Source: Tubulanus polymorphus (Eukaryota > Animalia > Nemertea). Taken from it: 64,000 bases of DNA. Positions 25,447 through 41,749 of the stretch are shown piece after piece; position 1 is the stretch's first letter, and each line of letters begins with the position of its first letter. Location of the stretch: NCBI RefSeq assembly GCF_964204645.1, contig NC_134026.1, positions 3,867,950 to 3,931,949 of the forward strand, written 5' to 3'. A program made the translations under genes and the position numbers. The notes under the pieces were generated by a model that saw only the letters and a program-made list of their open reading frames with translations, was not told the DNA's origin and searched no databases.

Positions 25447-28400
25447 TTATTTGACTTTTTGTTTTTTCCAAGTCGGTTCCTCCTTTTCGTCGTCATCATC
25501 GCTGTTGTGGAACACTGTGTGTGGTTGAGTTCTAAAGAGAAAAACATTTACAAAGTCGAGATCAGTAAATCTACGCTGATGAAATGGTAATTTAATAAAA
25601 TTTTAATGACTAGGAACAACCCTGTAGTGGAAGTTGGGGTATGATCAACTTTGACAGCATTTTACCAAGCCGACAGCATCTACTGTAAAAGTTTTACTAC
25701 TCACTCTGTGTACGCCGGTGAAATCCAAAATGGATTATCTGAAGCCTCTTTAGCATGTCTCAAGATGGCGCCACGAGGATCATTTTCATACGGATCCGGC
25801 CTCTTCATGATGAGGTTCTGTACGACATACTGAGAAAGTGTAGCACCTTTAGCTCCAACTCTACCACCAACACCTAGAAATATACAATAAATCATGAGTT
25901 TTATACTACGGTAAAAGTCCTTTTATAATGCTACCATTGGGACGAATAAAAAACACTGAATCTGAGTTATATTGAGCAGAATGTCTTACCTGGTCCAGAA
26001 ACTGGTAAATCGGGGCGATGTGACTTGATCGGATCTTTCCTATTTTTCTCTTCATGTTTTCGAGTACTCTTCGGTCTGTCTTTTCGAAACATAGGTAATG
26101 CATAGGCTGAAACATTCATCATTGATCATGATTATACACAGTTAACTAACATTCATAAACATTCACACATTCTTTATCCAACAACTTACGTGTAATAACA
26201 TTCTGAGAGGCCATTACTTCAACTTGTTTGGATTTTGCCTTTGTTTTCACAACGCAAAGTTTAGCTCCCCTTAAAACAAATTACTCAAACATTTCAGAAA
26301 TAGATTCCATCGTATTATTGATTATATTCAGTTCAAAGCACAGATTACTGCGTACCTGTGACTTTTGTCTGGATCGTAATAAACCTTTACTTGCCCATCA
26401 CCGCAACCGACAACCATTTGGTTTAGTTTAGGATGCCAAATGCAACGAACAACGCTCTAAAAAGTAAAAAGATTCAAAAATTATTCAATTCCATTTCAAA
26501 ATATTGCGATACTTCAGAATTATCTGATTTATTGTCATACCGATTCTGAGACGACCATCTCAGAAAGCTTATTCAAACCATTCCGGTCTAAAAACACTAG
26601 TTTTCCCTCTGTCTCTCCTTTCTTTAGTGAAAGACCAGTAATAACCATTTGATCATCTGGACTAAACAGCACATCAGTCCTGCAATTCAAACTTTAAGCT
26701 GTAAATCCATTTCGAACTTCGGTTTATTAAGAATGAACTTACAAGCAAAAAACTTACATCGAAAATCGATTATATAGATTTTCTGCTACGTGTACCGGTT
26801 TCTTGAAATTTCTGATGTCCCATAATTTCACAGTATCATCACCTACGATGAAAATCCAACTAACGAATACAGTCTTTATCATTCACACAGGTTCGACGAT
26901 GGTGAAAATGATTTACCTCCTCTAGACGCTAAGATTTGACCGTCGTATGAGAAACATAGCTTAGAAGTCTCGGTACCATTCATGTGCGCAGTACGATTAC
27001 ACATTGCTACATTCACCTGTCCATTGAACAAACAATACCTAGATATATTCTACATGCAATTAACTAGCATTTCTCATGCTCTTAGAGAATCTCATTGCCG
27101 ACATACGTATGTTTTGTTGTGGTCCCAAATTTGAATGGATCCGTCCTGACATGCTGCAGCCACCCATCGTCCGTCATTACTGAACGTACAAGCCGTCGGG
27201 ACTGCCTTTCGACCCTGCGCTGATCGACACTTAACGCAGAATTTATGATTAGTCCCACCGACATTCCAAATACGTAACGTTCTAAAAGAGAGGAAATGCT
27301 TTCAAATTTCAATCCCTAATTATTCACGAGGAATGATATACTATATCTAGATCTAACTTACCCATCGTTAGCACAAGTCATGAACTCATTTTTAACTCTT
27401 GGATGCCAACAGCCACTGTTTAACATCGCAGAGTGTCCCTGAAATGAGCATCATCAAACTTAATCTAAACAATATCTTCTAAGAAACATACCAGCGTCTG
27501 CCTTCCAACTACAATTACTGATGATTACTCAACTGACCTTTGTTCTCGCTTGATCAGTTAAATACTGATCACCTTTTGGACATTCCATTATTTCAAATCC
27601 ATCTCGGTCAATAATCTTAGCCTGAGAGTTGCCCGCAACTACCAGTATATTTTCACCAGTTGGACTGTATTCCAATGCTCGAATGGCATGACTGAATTAT
27701 GAATACACAGGGGCATCAGTGTCACATACATGCACGTACGATACAGTAAACCTCGTCTTACATGGCCAACTCTTACTTATGACTGGGTAACTCGGGACAA
27801 AAACGAAATGATCTTTGTGACTTGCTAAAAACATATTTTCTTATCCATAATTAGGACCGAGGACTCAGACCGAATTCGTCCTTCACAATCTGCCCGAGTT
27901 GATCGAGGTCTACTGTATCTACTCTCATATACATCCTCATGTACTCACCTTTCACATGGCCGAACACTTCTGAATGACTGAAATCTAGCATCCATTCCAG
28001 CAAAATCCCAAAACCTCACGTCATAATCAATGCTACCTGTCACCAATCTAGCACCCGATGGATCCAAAGCCATTGCAGATATCTGCATATAATGTATGTA
28101 AAAAGTCGGAACAATTGAGTGGAATTTGAGTTGAGTACCGAGAAATTTCGAACTGATATTTCTTGAAAAATTGAACTCACTGTTCTTTGTAAAATAGATT
28201 TTTTCTTGTAAAATACTAAACAATTTATGTAGAAAGATGTATTAGTACCATACTGAACCAACTTACAGTTTTAGATCCGTGATCAAGTGAAATCTCATGA
28301 CTAGCTGGTATTTTGTTCACTGGTTTCTACAAGGAAAACAATAGTTACACATATTACTAGGGACTGAAGCATTCACACTCAACCGACCACTTTAGAGCTG

Positions 28401-29151
28401 GGTTAATCATCAAATTAAATGGCAACAGATTTTTTAATTTGTTTTGAATGTTTACCTCCTCTTCATCTTCTTCATCATCATCCTCCTCATCCGCAGCAGA
28501 CGGATTCGTCGGAGGAATCGGTGGACCCATCATTTCATCATCATCGTCATTCTTCTTCGATATTCCCATTGACGCTGGTATCGGAGGACCAATCATATCA
28601 TCATCGTCATCATCATCATCATCATCATCACTATCTGACTGATTTGACGTCGATGGCTTTGTCGAAGTCACATCACTTTCGCTGCTGCCTGACATTGACT
28701 TCCATTTTGACTTCGACACATTTGTTTTCGCTAAATTTTCTCTATCTTTCTGTTCTTTGTTTAAGTTTTCGGGGATTTCATCCCTGAGGTCTTCCCGCTC
28801 GGCTGAAATCAATCAAAACATACAAAGCTTCAGATTTAGTAGGGGCCAAGGCTGTACAACAACATTTGTGAAGAATATTTTCAAATTCGTACCTAGCGTT
28901 TTCTCTGATCTTTCCATAGCAGTTTTACGTGCTTCATTGAACATTGCCATGAAATCGAACGTCTTAGGTTTCTTTTCAGCTGAAAATAGATATTATCAGC
29001 AAAATATTTATCAAACTAGTGAGGAAAGTTATATGGCAGTCATGATTCAAGAATCAATAATGCTTTTTAACTTGTTGGAGTTTTTTGTTATTTCGGTACA
29101 TTTTCGTTTTTTGCGCGTTATTGTACACGAACCTTTCCGTTCTTCAGCCAT
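25447..29151 (-). CDS. WDR70: WD repeat-containing protein 70 (GAD-1 homolog), multi-exon
   Basis: Acidic DDDDMIGPPIP repeats, ALDPSGARLVTGSIDYDVRFWDFAGMD, RKDPIKSHRPDLPVSGPG, GATLSQYVVQNL and DPRGAILRHAKEA..NPFWISPAY. Start is MAEERKG at 29151; TAA stop at 25449-25447. Confidence 0.93.
27741..27917. mobile_element. Tc1/pogo-type MITE-like element, family B, in a WDR70 intron
   Basis: tacagtaaacctcg ... cgaggtctactgta terminal inverted repeat with TA flanks. Confidence 0.6.
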
Positions 29152-29337
29152 GATGATTTTCCTGTTATTTCGTCTTGAGTTTTAGTACCGAAATGAACAA
29201 TCGACGAAAATTTTCGGGACTTTCACAAAATACAAAAAAGTATTACAGAGGGGACATAGGCTAAATGGGGACGACTTTCAGCCAGCCGCTAGGTGGAGCC
29301 AGCAATTCAATTAAATTCAATTAACAGTATTTTCAAA
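29152..29337. promoter_or_regulatory. Very short bidirectional promoter region WDR70/GNS
   Basis: The start codons diverge only 186 bp apart. Confidence 0.6.
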
Positions 29338-32300
29338 ATGTACAGCAATTTACTGACTATTTTCCTGATATACGTTGTCCTGGTGCGTGAATATAGCATC
29401 TGTATTAAACCTCCAAATGTAGTTTTCATATTGACTGATGATCAGGATGTTGTCATGGATGGGATGGTACGTATTTTGCTTGAAAACGGTATTTTTACTG
29501 ACTTTTTAGTTAAATTGAGTCTCCAACAAGTATCATCATTGATTGATTAACCAGTTAACACTAAGCAGTTATTTCTTGAAAGAAAATTTGTTAATAAAAA
29601 CATTTGATTTAAGGATTATTATAAGTAAAATGAAAACCAGAAATTTCCCTTAAAATAATACGCAAAAACTATGAATTTGAAACTATAAAAGTCCATACCT
29701 AAGTTAAGTAAAATTATTGTATTGTCAGAACTTACTATCCAATTGTCAATGTTCTGTTTGGTTAAACCCTTCAGTGTATCTACACCGCATTGGGTTGTAA
29801 AAATCGGTGATGGACTAATACACCGTGTGCCGGTGATGACAGCACCTGTCAAACACTGTTGTTAAGTAGGCCTAATGACAATACACCAGGCTGCGGTGCA
29901 GATGCACTATAGCGGTATGCCCCTTATTCAACACACCCGGGTGGAATTCTTGAAAATTTTTGAATTATCTCCAGCTCTTTTGAGTATTAATCAATTAGCA
30001 CTGAAAGGGTTTTAAACTTTAGGTTTCTATTCTAGGAACCAATGGTTAAAGTGAAGAAGTATCTTATGAATGAAGGTGTGACATTTAAAAACATGGTGAG
30101 AAAAATCAATACTTCACTAGTGCCTGGTTATTGGTTTGAGATTAGTCTTTGATAACAACTGTACAGTGCAAATCTGCATGCATTAAATCACTCACTTGTA
30201 TGACTGTCGTTGATGGGAATTAACCAATATCCCATTTTTGTTTCAGTTTGTTAGTTCTCCATTGTGTTGTCCTAGTCGCTCTGCTATTCTAACCGGGCGT
30301 TACATACACAATATACCTGTGTTCAATAACTCTATCAAAGGCAATTGTAATGGCGAATCTTGGCGACAAGAGGCGGAAAAGAGTGCATTCATAACCCATC
30401 TCAAAAACCAAGGTTATCGGACAATGTTTGCTGGGAAATATCTGAATCAATATGGCAAGAAAAAAGGTGGAGGAGTGAAACATGTCCCACCTGGTTGGGA
30501 TAGCTGGATAGGATTGGTATGTCAATTGAATTATCCGCTGTGTTTGGTGCCGTTTGTGAAATATATTTGAATGAATCTTAATTTCTTATTACAGGTAGGA
30601 AATTCAGCGTACTATAACTATGTTTTGTCAGTAAATGGAACTGCTGAAAAGCATGGAAGCATTTACTCATCTGATTATCTCACTGATCTAATAGTAAGTA
30701 CAGTTCAAGGGTCTGCCCATCATGGGGATACCTTCATATCCAATATTCCATGAAGTCCTCCATTTTGCATCGAAGAGTATTTCGACTATTTGCTAGAGAA
30801 GAATTGGGTCCAGGTTTTAAATTTGTTGCTCTTTCGAATTTTAGTCAAAAAAAGCTCAAGATTTCCTTGATTATCAAACTCATGATGGAGCTCCATTCTT
30901 CATGATGTTATCAACACCTGCCTGTCATGCACCATTCACATCAGCTCCGCAATATTCCCACCGCTTCAACACTTCTAAATCACCCAGACAACCAAATTTC
31001 AACATTCACGCCAAGGTGAGTTCAGAAAACAGTAATTGATCAGTTGAATACTCATGTATGTGGTAATTTCTAAGATATGTACCTTTTTGAAATAGGATAA
31101 ACATTGGTTGATTAGAACGGCGAAGAATCCGATGTCGCAGACGTCAATAGAATACTTAGATGATACATTCAGAAACAGATGGAAAACGTTACTGTCTGTT
31201 GATGATTTGGTGGAATCCGTTGTCAAAACGCTTGAGGCAAAGAAACTACTCGATAACACATATATATTCTTTTCATCGGATAATGGTTTTCATTTAGGTA
31301 GTTAAACATTTTTAGATCTAATTCATCAGTCAATTAGACCGTGTGCCTTGTGAGATCTAAGTATTTTTCGGATTCAGGTCAATATTCACTGCCCACTGAT
31401 AAAAGACAGTTATATGAGTTTGACATACGAGTACCATTGATAGTTCGAGGGCCTGGAATTAAGCCAAATACTGAAATTCAGGTATGTCTAAATTTGTCTA
31501 ATTTAGCTTTTGAGTATGTGAGTTTTTGATCTCAGGAATTTTATATTGTATGTTATGCCTACTTTATTTTCAGGATCCAGTTATGAGTATCGATTTAGCA
31601 CCAACATTCCTTGATCTAGGATTCTTTCCACCTCCTTCTTACATGGATGGCAAATCATTTCTTCCTTTACTCGTCAATAATCGGCAAACGAATCTACCCC
31701 CGCAACACAGGGACATGCTTATTGAATATTTTGGAGAGCACAAGATCAAGATCAAAGGATGTCCATGGCTGAATAACCGTGGTGTAGCTGTAAGTTTGTT
31801 GTCGGCCCTGTATGAAAAACTCAGAATTCAAATTAAGTAGACTGCCTTATTCTGTTGGGACGGTAAATAGCTTGCTGAGACTGGAAACTGAGCTGAAAAT
31901 TGGGGAAATGGAAAGTTTTACCAAATATATTTATGTTAGATTAAGGAGTAGTCTATGTAATGTTTTACAAGTACATTTATTAAATATTGACATGCTAAAT
32001 GGTTGATATCATTGTTTGACTACTTTATCTTGTAGATCTGTTTCCCTGATTGTGTTTGTGAAGACGCTTGGAATAACACATATTCATGTTTACGATTCAT
32101 CAATTTGACAGAAAACTACGTGTTCTGTGAATTCCTGAATGAACCGGTAAAAACAATCAGATATTCGTAGATTGTGATTTAAATGTTGTTTTTTTTTGAT
32201 ACGTTGAAATAAGATAAATTTTTTTCTTATTTTAGAATTTCTATGAATACTACAATATGAAATTCGATCCTTATCAGCTTCAAAATAGTGTGAATACACT

Positions 32301-32382
32301 TGATCCAAGGACTAAAACAGATTATTTAATGAGATTACAGAAATTGAAACACTGTAAAGGTGAATCCTGTCGTGCAGCATGA
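29338..32382 (+). CDS. GNS: N-acetylglucosamine-6-sulfatase, ~10 exons
   Basis: Signal peptide, [12 protein letters not shown], the formylglycine motif [52 protein letters not shown] and [17 protein letters not shown]; TGA at 32380-32382. Confidence 0.94.
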
Positions 32383-33120
32383 GTTGAACTCAAAAATAAA
32401 ATTTGTGATGCCATCGGTTTCTCTCTGTGATATTGTTTACAAGGAGATAAATACATTGATCTGGCGCTAAGAAATTGCAGAAAGTTTTGCTAAGCAGAAT
32501 TTCAAATGCTATTTAATCAACAGAGGATTTTGTGACTGAATAATCCTGAAGAAAATTGAGTGCACCTAGAACTGATGGCCGGCCCTGAAATTGTATCACT
32601 GAGTAAAATTAATTAATTCAATAATGTTTATGTGTACATTTTACGATCTATCTTGTCAAAAAGTCACTTTTTAAATTATTTTAATTGTTGTGTTATTAAA
32701 TGAATTTATGACTATTTTCTATTTATTAAAAACTGGCAAAAATGAATATTATACTATTAGTTGTTTTCGATTGTCCGGTTCGCAGTCCGGGATTTGGTTG
32801 CGGAGACACACTGCCTCCACGCATGAGTGGTGTACTTAACGCGGGGACGATGCTGCGACGCACGTGGTTCAAGATTAAGTGGAATGGTTGTGGATTGCTT
32901 GAATAAGCATATTGAGTTTCAACGAAGTGTCGAAATGGTGTGCTTCTAATGTACGGTTAGTATTCGATAGAAAATGCTGTTGAATCAGAATTTCAATTGT
33001 GGTTTCTAGTTAGATTTAGAGCATCACGAAACTGAAATAGTACCTCAAAAATGGCGTCTTTTTGAACCGTAGAAAACAAGCGGGTCCAGGTGATATGATA
33101 GAGAAAAGTGCTGCACATAT

Positions 33121-33350
33121 ATCTATTTCCTTCAACCTGACTTGAGAGGACCTAGCTCAGTTTAGGTGGTACATACCCAATGCAGGTCTTTGAAGGACCA
33201 GACTGGACTATTGGATGAAAATGGATTAAACAATCCAATGAGTGTTTTAATTCAACTGTCAGTCAAATCTGGTCCTATTAAAACCGGCATGGGGTATGTT
33301 CCACCAAAACTGACTGAGCTAGGCCACCCAACGTCCTCTCAAACATAGAT
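33121..33350. mobile_element. Diverged, internally deleted foldback/MITE, same family as the 62020-62516 palindrome
   Basis: Shares ttcaacctgacttgagag, cctagct, acatacc and aggtctt..aggaccaga with the 62-kb element, and is itself an inverted repeat (cctagctcagtt ... ctgagctagg). Confidence 0.7.
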
Positions 33351-33476
33351 GTAAGGCATCAGCATGGTTGCTTTCGTATTTTTTGCTAAACTACAGAAGT
33401 CAAATAACTGGTTCAAATTCATTCATTCGTACGATTCTCTTCTATTTTATTTTTAGTGAGAATTTGTTCACCGAAA

Positions 33477-36400
33477 ATGGAAACCAGCAGCGGTATGGAA
33501 AGCGAAGACGACGATTTAAAACTGATCATCGATGATTCATTGGACAGCGAGGATAGAATAAGCGATGTAAATTCTGCTACCATGGACCCTTTGGATTATC
33601 AGTTACAGGTGGAAATTTCATCAAAGGATTCAATGGAAAATATTGGGAATAGTTCTCCGGCGATTATAACAGACGGTAGGCTCACCGAAGAAGACTCCTT
33701 GGCAGAATTGATTGAAGAGATGAGTAACTATAAGAACACGATTACTTCTACCGCTGAGAGCAACGCTTGCGATGATTTCCTCGTTGCTGCCGATGATCGT
33801 CAAAATGAATGCAAAACTACGACCCTTTTGAAATCTCCGACAAAGCGTGTGGTTGATGAAACGACAGACTTAAAATCACGCGATGAACTCATGAATTCGT
33901 TGAGGATCGTGAAATGCGTCGATACGGAATCGTCGCCATTAACGCAAGACCACCAATACGTTACTACTGGTTGTGAGATTGTATCTGAAAATGACACCGG
34001 AGTATTAGCTACAAAACTGGAAACCATCGGAATAAATGATCAGGTTGTTGTCAATCTTCCCGCTAACGATGAATTGTTTACCGAGCAGAATTATCAACTT
34101 ATGCAACGATTCGCGGGAGTACAGCCGAATCAGTACGGAACCGCTGACTGTACTTCAAATAGTCTGATAAACAGCGTCGAGTTCGATGGAAATCGGTCTA
34201 TTCCTGTCGAACAAAATCTCGAGAATTCGGGAGATCGTTGTCGCAGTAGTAGTAATTCTGTTTTATCGGTTTCGAGCGCGTCTGATGAAAATAATAATAG
34301 CGTCCTCGCCCAATCGTTCGACGACGGCAATTTCAGTAAACCGGCGCTCGTGTTGCGCCGCGCTCGATCCGTCGAATCGACAATGAACGCCGATGATTTA
34401 TTATTGCAGTGTTTAAAACAGAGCGAAATCGTCGAATCAAACAAGTTGAACGGTGACGACGCGGCAAGTTACGATGACAGTTTGATTATGGAAAGTTGGG
34501 ATTTAGCGGATCCCGACGGCGCCGAAGATGCGCTTTTTGGCGAGCCGGACGTCAGCGGGAATCTTCAGAGTTATTTCAACTGGGAAGCGTTGATGATGGA
34601 CGCCGAAGAGGAAACGACGTCATCCGTAGACAGCGCAAATACTGTTGCCGAAATTGATGTAAATGAAAACGTGAAATTTCCTGCTTCGTCGAGCAATGAA
34701 ATGTTTTATATTTGTATTCGATTCATGCGTATGAACGACGTTGATTTATATTTGATTCAACGCGCGAGAATTTACTGCGTGTGCTTTCAACAGATTTCGG
34801 CCAGTCTGCGCGGTACCGTCCGCGTCGACGATTTGTACGATCTATACAAAAGTCTACCTAACGCGGACCTTCCGTTGTCGTATTCGATTTTCCCGGAAGA
34901 GGCGACGTTCCTTCAGCAGCGTGGATTAGCGGTAACAAACTCGGAATTGTTGATCGAAGCTCAACGCGTTTTCGAACTGCTGATGCGCTTGTTCGATGTC
35001 GCGGTAAACAAGGATATCACGGAGCTATGGACGGAAATAAAGTATATGTCGTATTTGCAGCTCAAATCGAATTCGCAGGATGTTCTGTTGACTAAGAAAC
35101 CGGATTTTCATACGAAAATTAAAGCAGCCGCAAATAACGAACAAGAAAAACGCGCCGCGAAGATAAAGATATACGTTAACACTCGAGTGTATTCTTTAAT
35201 CTCGATCACGAGAGATGAAGAGAAATACGTAGCTTTAATAGAATTGATACGCATTCTTTTACCGGGTAAGAGGGTGAGGTTCACTACGGTGGATATCGTC
35301 GTGAAAATATTGTCTCGCTTGCAAATGCTTAATTTCAAAATGAATTCTCAAGAAATGGGGATGGTCCGATTGAACGGAATCGTGCACAGATTTAACCAGA
35401 ATTCTTCGATAAACCTCATCAAAATTGGTCATTTGGTTACTGTTGAACGTGTTTTCAACGCCCTATTTTCACTGAAAAGAAGAAGTTTCGAAATGCTGAT
35501 TGATGACGATCAGAAAGAAGTAATTATTACGAAGATAGAGGAAATGATTTCAGCAGACGCACCGATACCCGAATTCTACAAAATTTGTTTCAATGATCAA
35601 GAAAATTGTACCGAAAATACTGAACGTCCAAATAATACCGGTATGTCTGATTGCAATGGCGAAGAAGCTAATCTGAAAGCAATTGGTAACAAGAAGAAAA
35701 GAGGTAGGCCGAGAAAAAATCTCAATTTGAGTACTACGGATAGAAATCAGCGAAGACGGGAAGTGTACCAAGAACGAAGCTGCATTATGTCGAGTCATGT
35801 ACAAGAACTGAAGAATCCTTACGTAGTTCTCCATCGAACTGATTTATCAAGTTTGAGAACAATCACTATGAAACATCACTCTAGATCGTCACTAGTAAGA
35901 CGTCAAGTGCATCATCAGAGAGTCTGTTCTGTGACGGAGAATATTTCTGATGTAGAGAAAAGACCGGAAAATGAGATAGAAACTAGTGAAATACAACAAG
36001 TTACTGGAACAACGACTGTTTCTTCGCAAAATGGACAAGTCGAACATCCCAAACCTCGGCGCTTGGCTTTGAAGAGAAGATATAGATCTCACAAACCTTG
36101 GTCCCATCAAGTGAAGAAACAAAGAACTTTAGAAACAATAGTATCCCATAAAAATGAAAATTCTCATGATGGTGATATGTCTTTAGTTCAAAATGAAACT
36201 GAATCTGAAGCCGTTAAAGTTCCAATTCGCCGTCATCGGAAATATCGGAAATCGTTAAAGGTCACCACTCCTAAATCTACTGAGAGCAAAAACTTGAACT
36301 GGAATCTAAGAAGTTCGTGTTCGAAACTTAGAAATCATAAATGCATATCCTGTAACGAACATGAAAGGCGTATGCTATCGACTTCTCCAAAGGAAGTTAG

Positions 36401-37305
36401 GAAACAAGCAGTGAAACCAATGAGAACTGGCCGGTCTGAAAAAGTGGCACGTGAAAGTAAATATAGTATAAATAGCAAAAATAATCTAATGACGGCCCCA
36501 AAGGTAAGCTTCCTCAATGAATGAGATAACATTGATCATTAGTTATTTTCACTTATTCAAATGCAGTTTTAACCTGTTCACTGTTAGAACAAAATGCACT
36601 TTATTTTTGTTCATTGTTTTATTTCCAGAACTGCACAACTTACAACTTGATATCCGGCAACAATCCGGTGAAGGAAGATATTTTGATTCCTCGTCTTGCC
36701 ACTGACACAACAATTGAAGTTGAAGGTAAAATTGCTCATGAATAGTTCTGTTCAATTACAGTGTTATATTCGTATGTGTATGAACATTCTTCTATCTTTC
36801 ATCAACAGCCAATCAGATGGACTACGATGACCAACGAACAGACGTGAATTCGCACGAAACGTACGTTGATATAATGGGTGATGTCCTGACCGATCAAACG
36901 AACAAATCCTCGCGAACTCACCGACCCTGGCGTAATCGAGAATATTATGAGAGTTGCGCAGACTTCGATGATGCCGATTCAACTAGTGAAAGTTCAGAAA
37001 TATACGTCGCAAATGGTGAACCGAATCCCATCGCTCACAGATGTCATGTGAGCCATTCTAACTCCCATCGTGATAGACATTGCAATTGTGATTGTTCCCC
37101 GGGAAATCATCCAAGTCATACGCACTATCAGGCTAATAATATCTACCAGTGTCATCTGTCTGAATCGGTTCGCTGTTTATCTTGCGAGAAATGTTCGTAC
37201 TTTGACGGAAGTTTTCGTCGAAGGCCCCATCAGTGCTTGCATAATTCGTGTAGACACACGACCGAATGTGCAAGATCATATAATATGTGCGCCCAATTAT
37301 GTTAA
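33477..37305 (+). CDS. Uncharacterised nuclear protein (~1200 aa): acidic N-terminus, two putative Ski/Sno/Dach-like domains, AT-hook, basic region, Cys/His-rich C-terminus; exons 33477-36503, 36629-36725, 36809-37305
   Basis: A 1022-aa ORF joins in phase through GT-AG introns to ORF 36817..37305. KKRGRPRK AT-hook at ~35694-35717. An acceptor at 33455-33456 implies an upstream exon. Confidence 0.75.
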
Positions 37306-37467
37306 AATATCAGGCATTTCTGTTCAGGTAATCGAAATCTTTTTCATTCAAAAAAGGAATGACTCGTTTTTCATATCATAGAATTTATTTGCAAACTTAC
37401 TGCAGTGTAATCGTTTTCGTTTTCAATTGCTGCATAAAATTTGTTTTTGTATGAAGTCTAGACAATA

Positions 37468-37584
37468 CTACAGTCGAACTCGCTTAGTCGAAATATTTGG
37501 CCATTTAAACTGGAACAATGTAGATTATTCAATTCGAAGAAATCTGGGCAGTCCGTAGTCGTCTGAATTAAGTGAGTTCTACTG
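37468..37584. mobile_element. MITE-like element, family B
   Basis: tacagtcgaactcgctta ... ttaagtgagttctactg inverted termini. Confidence 0.5.
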
Positions 37585-39067
37585 AATTATTAGATTTAAA
37601 GCAGAACTATATTTAGTGCAGAAATGTTTTGTTTTGAAAAATTCGAAGATTTAGAATTTTATGTAGTTTTAATTTTTTACCCATTTATTGAAAGGATACT
37701 CATAATGTTTACCGAGGTTATCATGTTACCGGTAGTTTGTATTTTAATGGAAATTTCAGTTTCACATTTTGGATAAATGATTGAGCAAATCATTAATCAA
37801 GTCTTTAATTCTACTTTTACATTGAAATACACTATTTTTAGTTTGTTTCATCATTATATCATGTGCTAAATTACCAAGTCATGGTAAATTGTTATTAGAT
37901 TTTTCTTTTGGATTGAATAAAAATGATTTTGGTAAATTCTTTAGTTTTCTTGAAAATATGGTGTTGGTTTTATCGACTGCTATTTATTCAATTCCAATTG
38001 TAACAACCTAGTACATAGTTAGAAAATAATACCAGTCCATGAAACCTGGATTTTTGCTGCCAACTTCCACACAGGGAATGAATGAGTGAATTCAAAAAAT
38101 GAGGACTTCGAAATTCATTACTGAATCTTCTTCATATACAGGAGCAGCTTCATTCAGATGATTTCGGAGCAATCAAGAGAGTATGAAGTCAAGTCGGAGT
38201 AGGAAGTAGAAATGAGCTTCGAGAAAACAATACTAAAACTTTGACTTCCTACATGTATTTTTATTTCGTCCAAAAGCTTTCACATCGGGACGATGAAAAG
38301 AACTGGATCATGACCATTTCGAAGTGCACAAAATGATGGACTGATATTGGACGGTTCCTGTAAGTGACAGTCTCAAGAGGTCCCCAGGTATATATACACA
38401 GAATGTGAAAAACAACATTATAAGATGTAATATTCTGGCAAAATCTGATTTTATTATCGAGGATTTCATTGACCAGACCATAATTATGTGTACACAGAAT
38501 TACGAGCATATCTTCAGCAGTGAAACAACATTTGGGACCAGCCCATTAAGTAGGTAAGCTCTTAAATACAGATGATATGTACTCCACTATGATATACGAA
38601 ATAGTGAAAGTCAATCGAAATGCTAGTATGTACAACAACACATGCGTGACAGATTTGTTAACGCATGATTTCACAGAAACAACAAGACACCAGGGCTGCC
38701 AACTTCTAACAAGTGCTATCTATCAGTAACTAACTGTAACGTTATTTTGAACAGTTGGTAGCTCTGAGATACCAGTAGTCATAAAACTGGTATAAAATTC
38801 AAATTTCCAAACAAAAATCTTACAAAGAAGTTAAAATTTCATGCTTGCAAGTAAAATGGACAACTCGACAAACCTCTGCATATTTTCTATTCATTTAAAA
38901 GTGGTGCAAAAAGCTCGACAAGTTTCGAGTTCTTTCTTATATCAGAGAGTCTGAAATGCGTTTAATGTCCGATTAACAGAATGCAGCAATCAGATCTATC
39001 ACAGTCGTAAAATACCACAACACAATCAAATACAACGAAACTAAAGGGTGTTCACGGTCTGTGGATG

Positions 39068-41040
<1,973 letters not shown>

Positions 41041-41749
41041 TTCAAAACTTTTAACAATTAAATGTCTTCAATATTGCTGAAAATTTAAATACCATTTCCC
41101 TTCATATAGATATAAAAAGAGCCTTTGATAGAAAGAGCCTTTTTAAAAACAAGCTACAGAGCAGAGTAAAACTAAAAGTCCAAAAAAATAAAATCATATT
41201 TGAATTTAACTTTACAAAATAGAAAGCCTAGCTATTTTTGAATACATATTCTAACAGTATCCAATAGCAAAAAAATGCAAAATAATATAAATATTCATTC
41301 ATTTACCGGTCAAATATCAACAGGACTCTTAAGAGACGGACGTAGAAACTAACTTGAACTTGTTGAACGAAAATAAATTTCACCCAGCTAGCAGCGTATA
41401 TAGGCAGCTAATATTAGTTCAGAAACGGCATAGAGCGTTCCTTTCAATGATGACTTCAATCCAGTTCGAATCCTGCGATATAACGGTTTATTTTTGCGCT
41501 CGATCGAACTGCCCACAAATATCACTATTCGACTCTTAATATTTGTATCAAATTAAAGCTATCAATTACAAAATCGTGTATATCACGATTGCAATTAGAG
41601 CAGCTCAGTTATTTTTAAATGATAGTTAATAGTCTAGCTGCTATAGTCAATTCTCCTCGGCTAATATTAGTCACTTAATAGCTCGTGACTGTACAGCAAG
41701 GGGGTGGAGGTGCACAACAGTTTGCTGAGCGACATTGTTTTATCCCAAA

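Noticed and set aside
28419-28787. His-rich and Ser-rich + strand ORFs
   Set aside because: They are antisense shadows of the (GAT)n acidic tract in WDR70.
33800-36532. Several minus-strand ORFs
   Set aside because: They are shadows of the long + strand exon and show no independent coding signal.
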